From: an uncultured Actinomycetes bacterium | GTDB lineage: Bacteria > Actinomycetota > UBA4738 > JBBDTT01 | Direction of reading: 5' to 3' | Length of the DNA: 64,000 bases | NCBI GenBank assembly: GCA_963742735.1 | Contig: CAVUMN010000003.1 | Location: 704,001 to 768,000 of the forward strand | Part shown: in pieces, positions 19,942-28,898 of the stretch | Position numbering within the stretch: the stretch's first letter is position 1 | Layout: each line of letters opens with the position of its first letter | Program-made: the position numbers and the translations under genes | Notes under the pieces: model-generated | Seen by the model: only the letters and a program-made list of their open reading frames with translations | Database searches by the model: none | What the model was told of the DNA's origin: nothing

Positions 19942-21405
19942 ATGTTCCTCAGGCTCCACCGGGACGAGCGGGGCGTGGCCCTGATCACCGCGATGCTCGT
20001 GGGGATGGTCGTGCTCTCGCTGGGGCTGGTGACGATCCAGCTCTCGGCGCACAACGCCGACTCGAGCTCCCTGGACCGCAAGCGCCTCCAGGCCATCCAC
20101 GCGGCCGAGGCGGGCCTGGACCTGTACCTGGCCCAGCTGCCGCGCACCGCGATCGGCGCTATCCAGTGCACGCCCGCCGTCCAGACGCTGCCCCTGGAGG
20201 GCGGCGCGCAGTACCAGATCACGGCGCAGTTCTATCCCACGTTCCCGGGGGTGACGGGTCAGCAGCTGACCTGCCCCCTGACCTCGACGACCGTGCCGGC
20301 GGGCGCGGTCATCACGTCGCGGGGCACCGCCGTTGCCGTGGGCAACGTACGGGCCGTCTCGCGGACGTTCCAGACCGAGGTCGCCCTGAACCCCATCCTC
20401 GGCGGCTTCGCCCCCGCGATCTTCTCCGACGTCCAGTTCAGCGTGAACAACAACCTGAACGTGTACGGCAACACCGGGAACGACGCCGACATGTACACGA
20501 ACGGCAACTTCGTCTGCTCGAACTCCTCGCTGGACTACGGGAGCGTGAACGCCCAGGGCTTCGCCTCGCTCTCCAACTCCTGCACCGTCGCCCAGGACCT
20601 GCGGGTGGGCGGGAACATCACCATGACGCAGAGCTCGCGCGTGGGCCACGACGCCATCTCCTCGGCCGGCACGATCACGCTGGCGAACTCGGCTCAGATC
20701 GGCAACAACGCCCGCGCCGCGGGGGCCTGCTCGGGATGCGTCCAGGGCTCGAGCGTGCTGGGGACGATCACCACCAACAGCAGCTCGGCGCCGCCCCCCC
20801 AGATCGCCATGCCCACCGTCAACTGGGCGGGCGGGACGGCCTGGTCGACGGCCGGCTACACCATCGCGAGCTTCAGCGACTGCACGGCGGCCAGGAACCA
20901 CATCCAGAACGTGGTCAGCGGGAGCAGCACCCCGACCGTCGTCCGGATCACTTCCTCCTGCGCACTGGCGTTCAGCAGCTCGGCCGACGTCTTCCTGGGC
21001 GCGAACCTGGCGATCATCACCAACGGGTCGATCAGCACGTCCAACCACTCCATCTTCAAGTCGACCACGAGCACCCCCCGGGAGATGTTCTTCATCGTCC
21101 CGCGGGACATCTTCACGCCGGCCACCCCGCCTGATTCCCGGGCCACCAACTGCAGCGGGACGACCAACAACATCAATATGGTCAACAACACCGACATCGT
21201 GAACGTGCGGCTGTTCCTGTACAGCCCCTGCACGATCAACCTGAACAACAACAACCTCGGGCTGGGCGGCCAGATCTTCGGCCAGAACGTGAACATCAAC
21301 AATCACTTCTCGTTCACGTACCGGCCGATGCTGATCCCGGGGGCGGGGAGCATCGTCGGGTTCAACTCGGACATCGCGTACCTTCGCGAGATCACGAACG
21401 CGTAG
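19942..21405 (+). CDS. minor pilin (PilX/GspK-like, no Glu5), module 1
   Basis: SD GAGGAGG; DERG/VALITAML; QAIHAAEAGL PilX N-terminal motif; Asn/Ser-rich C-terminal region. Confidence 0.82.
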   Translation: MFLRLHRDERGVALITAMLVGMVVLSLGLVTIQLSAHNADSSSLDRKRLQAIHAAEAGLDLYLAQLPRTAIGAIQCTPAVQTLPLEGGAQYQITAQFYPTFPGVTGQQLTCPLTSTTVPAGAVITSRGTAVAVGNVRAVSRTFQTEVALNPILGGFAPAIFSDVQFSVNNNLNVYGNTGNDADMYTNGNFVCSNSSLDYGSVNAQGFASLSNSCTVAQDLRVGGNITMTQSSRVGHDAISSAGTITLANSAQIGNNARAAGACSGCVQGSSVLGTITTNSSSAPPPQIAMPTVNWAGGTAWSTAGYTIASFSDCTAARNHIQNVVSGSSTPTVVRITSSCALAFSSSADVFLGANLAIITNGSISTSNHSIFKSTTSTPREMFFIVPRDIFTPATPPDSRATNCSGTTNNINMVNNTDIVNVRLFLYSPCTINLNNNNLGLGGQIFGQNVNINNHFSFTYRPMLIPGAGSIVGFNSDIAYLREITNA

Positions 21406-21419
21406 CCGAACGACGAGCT

Positions 21420-21446
21420 TCAGCGGGCGCCCTCCCGGGCCGATAT
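21420..21446 (+). promoter_or_regulatory. sigma28/WhiG-type promoter of minor-pilin module 2
   Basis: TCAG-N15-GCCGATAT, 7 nt before ATG 21454. Confidence 0.7.
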
Positions 21447-21453
21447 CTGGTGC

Positions 21454-23205
21454 ATGGCGACCATCCGCCGCATCCTTCGCGGCGCCCGCGCACGACTGGC
21501 TCACCCTCGGGATGAGACCGGCTTCACGCTGGTCGAGCTCATGGTGGCGCAGGGGATCATCCTGGTCTCGCTGCTCTCTCTGGCGTACACGGCCACGGTC
21601 GGCTTCTCGGACATCGCCCTGGCCCGCCAGCGCCAGGGGGCGAACGGGATCGCCAACCAGATCCTCGAACAGGTCCGCGCGCTGCCCTTCGACACCCTGA
21701 AGCGCGGCCTGGCGAACTCCGACCTTCCCGCCGGCGATCCGGCGATCATCACCTCCGGGTGCCCCGGAAACGCCCCGTACTGCTACCGGTCCTCCGCCTC
21801 GGCGGCGCTCGAGGCGATCCCCCGCGGCAACAACGCCGCGGTGGCGCCGCTGGTGCCGCACCGGGCCAACGTGACGGTCGGGCAGGTCACGTACAGCCGG
21901 GCGGTCTACGTCACCTACTATCAGAACGACGCCTCCCTCAACGCGTTCCGGGTCACGGTGGTCGTGTCCTGGACGAACCCGGCCCGCCGGGGCGTCGACT
22001 CCACCGTCGTCGCCCAGAGCGTCATGTACTCGCCGCCGGGGTGCGTCTCCACGGCCACCCACCCGTTCGCGGCCCCGTGCCAGCCGTTCTTCTACGGGGC
22101 GGCGCAGAACCCGGCCGGCCAGATCTCGATCGCGGGGACGCTGGCCGGGATCGATCTCACGAAGGCGACGCTGTGGACCCCGGCGCAGTCCTCGACCATG
22201 CAGGTCGAGCAGATCTCGGCCGTGCAGGGGTCGTCCACCACCGCCGGCATGAGCCTGTCCCTGGCGGGGAACGAGACGACCACGGGACGGGTCACGGCGA
22301 ACTCCTCGGCGGAGAACGACCCCGCGCAGCCGGGCCAGGACTACGAGACCGCGTCCACCTCCGGATCGAGCCAGATCCTCTCGGCGGGAAGCGGCAACAC
22401 CATCGCGCTCTCGGTGGCCGCCGGGTCGAGCGGAAGCACGATCAGCACCACCTCGGCCAACACCTCGCACCCGTGCGCCTCACAGACCGACGACCAGGCC
22501 TGCGGGCGATCGACCGCCACGCAGGGGGCGGCGCTCAGCCTGACGGCCGGGCTCAACACCGGCTTCCTGGGCCTGGGGACCGCCAACGTGGTCTCGGTCG
22601 CCACGTACACGACGACCGGCACCACCAACCGTGAGCTGGACGCCTCGGGAGACGGCAAGATCGCGGTCACGGCCAGCCGGAGCATCGGCGACGTCCGCAT
22701 CGGCGGCCTCCCGACGGGCCTCGGGGCGCTCCTGCTCCCGTTCGGCTGGCAGGGCCATCTGGTTCGGGTCACGGGGTACAGCGACTCGCTCACGGCGCAG
22801 ACCGGCATCAACACCGCCGCGCCGAGCGTGACCGCCGGCGGCACCATCAGTGTCTGGAACGGGTTCGGCTACACGAACGTGAACATCGTTCCCGGGGCGT
22901 CGGTGAACGTCCCCGTTACGTCGATCACCGTGCAGGACCCGCTCTCCCCCGGAGGTCTGCTTCGGATCACGCTGGGGGCCACGGTGCGGACGGGCGGCAC
23001 GACGGCGACGGCCACCTCGAAGGTTTGCTCGCCCTCCTGCCTGAACACGCGCACGGCGGCCACCGCGTCGGCCGCCTCGCCGGTCATCGTGGACCTCACG
23101 CTCGACGTCACCTTCGCGGGGAACTCGATCGCGGACCTCGACGTGCACGTCGACCTGGGAACCCTCCAGGTCACCGGCGCGTACACGGAGGCCCCCGGTG
23201 GATGA
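21454..23205 (+). CDS. large minor pilin (PilV-position), module 2
   Basis: DETG/FTLVELMVAQGIIL; paralog of 17487..19286. Confidence 0.82.
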   Translation: MATIRRILRGARARLAHPRDETGFTLVELMVAQGIILVSLLSLAYTATVGFSDIALARQRQGANGIANQILEQVRALPFDTLKRGLANSDLPAGDPAIITSGCPGNAPYCYRSSASAALEAIPRGNNAAVAPLVPHRANVTVGQVTYSRAVYVTYYQNDASLNAFRVTVVVSWTNPARRGVDSTVVAQSVMYSPPGCVSTATHPFAAPCQPFFYGAAQNPAGQISIAGTLAGIDLTKATLWTPAQSSTMQVEQISAVQGSSTTAGMSLSLAGNETTTGRVTANSSAENDPAQPGQDYETASTSGSSQILSAGSGNTIALSVAAGSSGSTISTTSANTSHPCASQTDDQACGRSTATQGAALSLTAGLNTGFLGLGTANVVSVATYTTTGTTNRELDASGDGKIAVTASRSIGDVRIGGLPTGLGALLLPFGWQGHLVRVTGYSDSLTAQTGINTAAPSVTAGGTISVWNGFGYTNVNIVPGASVNVPVTSITVQDPLSPGGLLRITLGATVRTGGTTATATSKVCSPSCLNTRTAATASAASPVIVDLTLDVTFAGNSIADLDVHVDLGTLQVTGAYTEAPGG

Positions 23206-23818
23206 GCTGCGCCGGCGCCTGCGCTCGGAGTCGGGGATGACGCTCCTGGAGCTGATGGTCACCACCAGCCTGCTCGGGATCGTCAGCGTGATGTTCCTGT
23301 CGATCATGACCTCGGTGCAGTCCGGGGTGCACAAGGAGACGGACCGGAGCAACGACAACGACCAGGCTCGCCTGGCGGTCCAGCAGCTCGACCGGGAGAT
23401 CCGTTCGGGGAACGTGCTCTACGACCCGGCCTCGGAGCCGGCCCCGTTCACCCCCTATTACAGCCTCCGCGTGTACACGCAGGCCAACGCCAACATCCGG
23501 ACTCCCGGCAACCGCTGCGTGCAGTGGCGGATCCTCGATGGGGAGCTCCTCCGGCGGGACTGGGACGGGGTGAACCCCGCGGCGACGGTCTCGCCGTGGC
23601 GGGTGGTCGCCGACAGCCTGGTCAACCAGGACCTCGGCGTCCCGGCGTTCGTCCTCGACGCCGACCCTCAGAAGGGCGGGCGCATCGTGAACGTGACGAT
23701 CGTGACCCAGACGGACGCCGATTCCGGCAACCCCGTGCGGCTCTCCGTCTCGCTCACCGGGCGGAACACCTCCTACGGCTACCCCGTGAACGTCTGCGGG
23801 ACGATCCCGGCGGCGTAG
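23198..23818 (+). CDS. minor pilin (PilW/GspJ-like), module 2
   Basis: SESG/MTLLELMV; paralog of 19286..19930. Confidence 0.82.
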   Translation: MDELRRRLRSESGMTLLELMVTTSLLGIVSVMFLSIMTSVQSGVHKETDRSNDNDQARLAVQQLDREIRSGNVLYDPASEPAPFTPYYSLRVYTQANANIRTPGNRCVQWRILDGELLRRDWDGVNPAATVSPWRVVADSLVNQDLGVPAFVLDADPQKGGRIVNVTIVTQTDADSGNPVRLSVSLTGRNTSYGYPVNVCGTIPAA

Positions 23819-25258
23819 ATGGGACGGCTCGCGCTGCGACGGCTGCATCGGGACGAGCGGGGCGTGGCCCTGGTCACCGCGATGCTGGTCGGCATGGTCG
23901 TCCTCTCGCTCAGCCTGATCACCGTCCAGCTGTCCGCGCACAACGTCGACGCGAGCTCGAGCGACCGCAAGCGCGTCCAGGCCATCCACGCGGCGGAGGC
24001 GGGCCTGGACTCCTACCTGGCCCTGCTCGCGAGGACCCCGATCGGCAGCATCCAGTGCACGCCGCCCCCGAGCTTGCTCCCGATCGACCCCGGGGCGCAG
24101 TTTCAGATCACCGCCACGTACTACCCGACCTACCCCGGGGTCGTGGGCCAGGAGCTGTCCTGCCCGCTGAGCCCCAGCGCTCCGCCGAAGGGGGCGGTCA
24201 TCACCTCACGCGGCACCGCGATGCCGGGAAGCGGGTCGAGGCCGGTGTCCCGAACCATGCAGACCGAGGTCCGGCTGAGCCCGATCTTCGGCGGCTACAA
24301 CTTCGCGATCTTCTCCAACAGCGGGATGAGCGTCCAGAACAACCTGACCGTGAACGGCTACGCCGGCAACGACGGCGACATCTACACGAACGGGAACTTC
24401 GCGTGCACCAACGGGACGACCGACTACGGGACGGTGACCACGCAGGGGAGCGCGTCGGTCTCGAACACCTGCAACATCCTCCAGGACCTGCGCGCCAACG
24501 GGAACATCACGATGTCGAACTCGGGGCACGTCGGGCACGACGCCACCTCGTCCACGGGGTCGATCACCATGCTGAACTCGTCGCGGATCGACAACAACGC
24601 GCGCGCCGGCACGACGTGCGTGGGGTGCGTGCAGGGGAACAACGTCCTTGGCAACCTCACCACCTCGTCGCCGTCGCCCGCGCCGATCCTGTACCCGCTG
24701 CCGCAGATCGACTACGTCGCGGCCTCGTGGCAGGCGGAGGGCTACACCGCCCACAACGACTCAAGCTGCGCCACGGCGAAGACGTTCGTCCAGTCGCTGG
24801 CCGCCTCGTCCACTCCCTACGTGGAACGGATCGGCACCACGTGCGCCCTGGCGTTCAGCAACAACAGCACGATCACCCTGGGCTCGGACCTGGCCATCAT
24901 CACCAACGGGTCGATCTCCACGGGGAACTTCACGGTCTTCAGGTCCTCGAACGCGGCGGAGCCGAGGGACCTGCACCTCATCGTTCCCGTGAGCGCCGTC
25001 TCGAGCTGCACGGGAACGCAGAACATCACCTTCGCGAACAACACCGACTTCCAGAACGTGCGGGTGTTCGTGTACACGCCGTGCACCGCCTCGATGAACA
25101 ACAACAACATCGGGCTGGGAGGCCAGATCATCGGGGGCACCGTCAACCTGCTCAACCACTTCGCGTTCACCTACTACCCGATGCTCGTGCCCGGGGCCGG
25201 ATCGATCACCGGCTACACGCCGGACATCGCGTACCTCCGCGAGATCACCAACACCTAG
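23819..25258 (+). CDS. minor pilin (PilX/GspK-like), module 2
   Basis: DERG/VALVTAML; QAIHAAEAGL; paralog of 19942..21405. Confidence 0.82.
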   Translation: MGRLALRRLHRDERGVALVTAMLVGMVVLSLSLITVQLSAHNVDASSSDRKRVQAIHAAEAGLDSYLALLARTPIGSIQCTPPPSLLPIDPGAQFQITATYYPTYPGVVGQELSCPLSPSAPPKGAVITSRGTAMPGSGSRPVSRTMQTEVRLSPIFGGYNFAIFSNSGMSVQNNLTVNGYAGNDGDIYTNGNFACTNGTTDYGTVTTQGSASVSNTCNILQDLRANGNITMSNSGHVGHDATSSTGSITMLNSSRIDNNARAGTTCVGCVQGNNVLGNLTTSSPSPAPILYPLPQIDYVAASWQAEGYTAHNDSSCATAKTFVQSLAASSTPYVERIGTTCALAFSNNSTITLGSDLAIITNGSISTGNFTVFRSSNAAEPRDLHLIVPVSAVSSCTGTQNITFANNTDFQNVRVFVYTPCTASMNNNNIGLGGQIIGGTVNLLNHFAFTYYPMLVPGAGSITGYTPDIAYLREITNT

Positions 25259-25279
25259 GGTCCGGGTACGCTTCGCATC

Positions 25280-26044
25280 GTGGCCGTGGCGATCGCCATC
25301 CTGTTCGGACTGACGTTCGGCAGCTTCCTGACCGTCGTCGTGCACCGCACCCCCCGCCGTGAGCCGATCGGGCGGGGGAGGAGCCGGTGCCCCTCGTGCG
25401 GGACGACGCTCACCTGGCGGGACAACATCCCGGTCGTCTCCTTCCTGGTCCTGCGGGGGCGGTGCCGGCACTGCGGGGCCCGGATCTCGCCGCGGTACCC
25501 GCTGATCGAGCTCGGGACCGCCGCGCTGTTCGCCGGCGCGGTGATCCGGTACTCGGACGACGCGGTCGCGGCCGTGATCGCCCCGTTCCTGGGCGTGCTC
25601 CTGGCCCTGGCCCTGGTGGATCTGGAGCACCGGATCATCCCCAACGCCGTCGTCTATCCGGCCCTGCCGGTCTTCGCGGTGGCGATCGTGGCCCTCGACC
25701 TGGCCGGCCGGGCGGCGAGCGTCGTCGACGCCGGCATCGGGTTCCTCGCCTACGGGGGAGGGCTGCTCGTGATCGCCCTCATCCGTCCCGGGGGGATGGG
25801 GATGGGCGACGTGAAGCTCGCCGGGCTGATCGGGCTGGTCCTCGGGAGCCAGGGACTCGGCGTCGTCGGCGTCGCCGCGGCGCTCGGGATCCTCTTGGGC
25901 GGGCTCGGGGGAGTGGTGGCGCTCGCCGTCGGCCGGTCCCGGAAGTCCGCCCTGCCGTTCGGGCCGTTCCTGGCCGCGGGGGCCATCGCGGCCGCCCTGT
26001 GGGGCCGGGAGATCGCCGACGCCTACCTGTCGCTGCTGACCTAG
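25280..26044 (+). CDS. pilD: prepilin peptidase / N-methyltransferase (A24)
   Basis: GSFLTVVVHR, CPSC...CRHC, VDLEHRIIPN, GMGDVKL, LPFGPFL. Confidence 0.93.
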   Translation: MAVAIAILFGLTFGSFLTVVVHRTPRREPIGRGRSRCPSCGTTLTWRDNIPVVSFLVLRGRCRHCGARISPRYPLIELGTAALFAGAVIRYSDDAVAAVIAPFLGVLLALALVDLEHRIIPNAVVYPALPVFAVAIVALDLAGRAASVVDAGIGFLAYGGGLLVIALIRPGGMGMGDVKLAGLIGLVLGSQGLGVVGVAAALGILLGGLGGVVALAVGRSRKSALPFGPFLAAGAIAAALWGREIADAYLSLLT

Positions 26045-26142
26045 TCCGGAGGGTCCCGCGCGGTCGAGCGCACCTCCGTCAACGGCCGGGAATTACAGTT
26101 CTGTCATTGAACAGGCGGGCAAAAAAGTGTCTCCCGTGATGT

Positions 26143-26171
26143 TTGACTACGACCGTGCGCATCGTTAGCCT
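26143..26171 (+). promoter_or_regulatory. sigmaA-type promoter upstream of HTH-pilMNOP
   Basis: TTGACT-N17-TAGCCT with an upstream A6 tract at 26121-26126. Confidence 0.65.
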
Positions 26172-26187
26172 CGGGCCCAGCGGTGGT

Positions 26188-26241
26188 GCTGTGAGTCTTG
26201 TTGAAGCTGTGATAGCTGTTAAACTTGTTGAAGTTGTGAAA
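26188..26241 (+). repeat. six tandem 9-bp direct repeats (putative operator)
   Basis: GCTGTGAGT CTTGTTGAA GCTGTGATA GCTGTTAAA CTTGTTGAA GTTGTGAAA; invariant TGT at positions 3-5. Confidence 0.85.
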
Positions 26242-26264
26242 GCCGCAGGTCAGAGGGCCGAAAA
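26238..26264 (+). promoter_or_regulatory. sigma28/WhiG-type promoter of HTH-pilMNOP
   Basis: GAAA-N15-GCCGAAAA, 9 nt before ATG 26274. Confidence 0.55.
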
Positions 26265-26273
26265 GGGGTAGCG

Positions 26274-26486
26274 ATGGCACCGAAGGGCCGGAGCTTCGTG
26301 GGCGACCGCCTCCTCACCGTGGGTGAGGTGGCCGGCAGCATGCGCGTCTCGAACATGACGGTCTACCGCCTGATCAAGAGCGGCCAGCTCGCCGCCATCC
26401 GCGTGGGGAAGAACTACCGGATCCGTGAGTCCGACGTCGATCGGTACCTCTCGGAGCGGTCCGTGCGCGTCGAGGAGCTTCCCTGA
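26274..26486 (+). CDS. excisionase/BldC-like (HTH_17, MerR-type) DNA-binding protein
   Basis: LLTVGEVAGSMRVSNMTVYRLIKSGQLAAIRVGKNYRI; 70 aa; TGATG-coupled to pilM. Confidence 0.88.
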   Translation: MAPKGRSFVGDRLLTVGEVAGSMRVSNMTVYRLIKSGQLAAIRVGKNYRIRESDVDRYLSERSVRVEELP

Positions 26487-27538
26487 TGCCCAAGTCCCGC
26501 ATCGGCGTCGACGTCGGCTCCACCGCGGTTCGGGCCGCCGAGCTCTCGATCGGGTCCGAGCCGCCCACACTCGTGCGGGCCGCGCAGGTCCGCCTGACGC
26601 CCGGCACCGTGGAGAACGGCGAGGTGCGCCAGCCCGAGGTCCTGGCGGAGGCCCTGAAGGAGCTGTGGCAGCGGGGCGGATTCAAGGGCAAGCAGATCGT
26701 GATGGGCGTGGGAAACCAGCGGGTGATCGTCCGCGAGGTCACGCTCCCGGCGCTGCCCGACAAGGAGCTCCGGGAGTCGCTGCCGTTCCAGGTGCAGGAG
26801 TTCATCCCCCTGCCGGTCGACGAGGCGATCCTGGACTACGACGTCATCGAGGAGTTCACCGAGGACAACCGCAAGCTCGTCCGCCTGCTGCTGGTTGCGG
26901 CGCAGCGGGACATGGTGAGCACGCTGGTGGGTGCCGCCTCGGCCGCGAACCTCGACACGGTGGGGGTCGACCTGGTGCCGTTCGCGATCGTCCGCGCCAT
27001 CGGATCGACGGCCACCATCGGGCTCGACCCCGACGTGGGCGGCGAGGCCGTGATCGACATCGGCGCGGACGTCACGAACATCTGCGTGCACGAGAACGGC
27101 ACGCCGCGGTTCGTGCGCATCCTGCCCTCCGGCGGCCGCGACGTGACCCAGGCCATCGGCCGGGCCCTGGGGATGGAGGATCAGGCCGCCGAGGACGCCA
27201 AGCGCGGCCGGGCCGACGGTGAGGGCCCGGCGGCGGACGAGGTCGACCGCGTGGCCTTCAGCCGCGCCGGCACCTTCGTCGACGAGGTGCGGTCCTCGCT
27301 GGACTTCTACCTGGCGCAGACGCCGGGAGCCCGGATCACGCGCGTCGTGGTCAGCGGCGGCGGCTCGAAGCTCGCCGGGCTGATCGATCTGCTTCGAGAG
27401 CGCCTGTCCACCAACGTCGACCGTGGCCGCCCCTTCGACCGGGTCAGTGCCCGGCTCAACCTGCCCGAAGACGAGCTTGCGGAGGCCGAGCCGGTGCTCG
27501 CCGTCGCCGTGGGGCTCGCGCTCCCCCCGGAGGACTGA
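26486..27538 (+). CDS. pilM: type IV pilus assembly protein PilM
   Basis: Actin-like motifs IGVDVGS, IDIGADVT, SGGGSKL; EVRSSLDFY. Confidence 0.93.
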   Translation: MPKSRIGVDVGSTAVRAAELSIGSEPPTLVRAAQVRLTPGTVENGEVRQPEVLAEALKELWQRGGFKGKQIVMGVGNQRVIVREVTLPALPDKELRESLPFQVQEFIPLPVDEAILDYDVIEEFTEDNRKLVRLLLVAAQRDMVSTLVGAASAANLDTVGVDLVPFAIVRAIGSTATIGLDPDVGGEAVIDIGADVTNICVHENGTPRFVRILPSGGRDVTQAIGRALGMEDQAAEDAKRGRADGEGPAADEVDRVAFSRAGTFVDEVRSSLDFYLAQTPGARITRVVVSGGGSKLAGLIDLLRERLSTNVDRGRPFDRVSARLNLPEDELAEAEPVLAVAVGLALPPED

Positions 27539-28164
27539 TGACGAAGATCAACCTTCTCCCCCCGGAGCTCATCGAGCGCCAGAAGGCCCGGCGCCAGACC
27601 ACGATCGTGGCCATCGTTGGGTTCCTGGTCATCGTCCTGCTCGGCTTCTTCTACGTCATGCAGCAGATCAAGCTGTCGGGCCTCGACGAGGACCTGGCGG
27701 CTCAGCAGGCTGAGAACGACGATCTGACCGCCCAGGTGAACGACCTCAAGCGCTTCGACGAGCTGCTCGCCGAGATCGCGGACCGCGAGGACCTGCTGGT
27801 GACCCTGCTCGAGAACGAGGTCCGGTGGTCGGGTGTGCTTCGCGACCTGTCCCTGGTGATCCCCGGGACGGCCTGGCTCGAGAGCCTCGAGGCGGCGGTG
27901 GACGATCCACTGAACCTGGTCGCCGAGGACAGCCTGGTCACGAGCGACCAGGACCTCGTCGGAGCGATCTCGTTCGTCGGGAAGGCCGACCGCCATCCGA
28001 CGGTCGCGGAGTGGCTGACGGCCCTCGAGAAGATCCGAGGGTTCTTGAACCCGTGGATCTCCGAGTCCGTAATTGAGCCCATCGGCGACGTCCCGGTCGT
28101 CAAGTTCACGTCGACGGTTGACCTCACCAGCGATATCACGGTCGAGGGGAGGGCACAGCAGTGA
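27538..28164 (+). CDS. pilN: type IV pilus assembly protein PilN
   Basis: N-terminal INLLP motif, TM helix, coiled coil. Confidence 0.9.
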   Translation: MTKINLLPPELIERQKARRQTTIVAIVGFLVIVLLGFFYVMQQIKLSGLDEDLAAQQAENDDLTAQVNDLKRFDELLAEIADREDLLVTLLENEVRWSGVLRDLSLVIPGTAWLESLEAAVDDPLNLVAEDSLVTSDQDLVGAISFVGKADRHPTVAEWLTALEKIRGFLNPWISESVIEPIGDVPVVKFTSTVDLTSDITVEGRAQQ

Positions 28165-28895
28165 GTCGCCGCGCGCCGCTCTTCGCCGCCATCGGCATGG
28201 TCCTGCTGGTGATCGTGGTCGTCTTCGTGGCCATCCTTCCCAAGATGAAGCAGGTCACCCAGCGCCAGGACGAGCTCGAGGCCGCCCAGCAGCAGGAGCA
28301 GTTCCTGCTGGCCGAGCTGCAGCGACTCCAGGACGTCCGGGGCCAGCTGCCGGAGGTTCGCCGCCGCCTGGCGAAGTTCAACCAGAAGGTCCCCGGCACG
28401 GCCGACCTCCCGGGGCTGATCCGGCTGCTCCAGAACGCGGCCGACGCGTCGAACCTCTCGTTCTTCTCGATCAAGCCGGGCGACCCGACCCCGGTGGGCG
28501 CCGCCGCGCCCGTGCTGCCGACCGTCGCTCCGTCGCCCGATGCGACCCCGACCGTCCCGCCGGTGGTCACGGCGCCGACGGGCGAGGCCTCGGTGATCTC
28601 CTCGGAGGTCGTGATCGTGGGCTTCTTCTTCGACATCGACCAGTTCCTGTTCCGGCTGGAGAACCTGCCCCGCGCGGCCAAGGTGATCACCGTCTCGATC
28701 ACCCCCGGACCCAACCAGAACGAGCTCCCCGGGGAGCTCCAGACGACCCTTCTGCTCCAGGTCTACACGACGGACGCGAACGCCGGGCCGGGGTCCTCGG
28801 TCGAGCTCCCGCCGGACGAGCCCGTGGCGAGCCCCAGTCCCGGCGCCACGACCTCGCCGGTCACCAGCCCGTCCCCGACCACCACCGGAGGCTGA
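28161..28895 (+). CDS. pilO: type IV pilus assembly protein PilO
   Basis: TM + coiled coil, VPxxADLPGLI, FLxRLENLPR; follows pilN. Confidence 0.85.
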   Translation: MSRRAPLFAAIGMVLLVIVVVFVAILPKMKQVTQRQDELEAAQQQEQFLLAELQRLQDVRGQLPEVRRRLAKFNQKVPGTADLPGLIRLLQNAADASNLSFFSIKPGDPTPVGAAAPVLPTVAPSPDATPTVPPVVTAPTGEASVISSEVVIVGFFFDIDQFLFRLENLPRAAKVITVSITPGPNQNELPGELQTTLLLQVYTTDANAGPGSSVELPPDEPVASPSPGATTSPVTSPSPTTTGG

Positions 28896-28898
28896 TCG

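Noticed and set aside
26188-26241. CRISPR array or replication iterons
   Set aside because: Units are 9 bp, contiguous, without spacers; no cas or rep gene nearby
26274-26486. Excisionase marking a prophage or ICE
   Set aside because: No integrase, att-like repeat or tRNA; gene is translationally coupled to pilM
27444-27471. Internal sigma28-like motif TCAG-N16-CCCGAAGA before pilN
   Set aside because: Inside coding sequence, different spacer and mismatched -10; plausible by chance at this GC content
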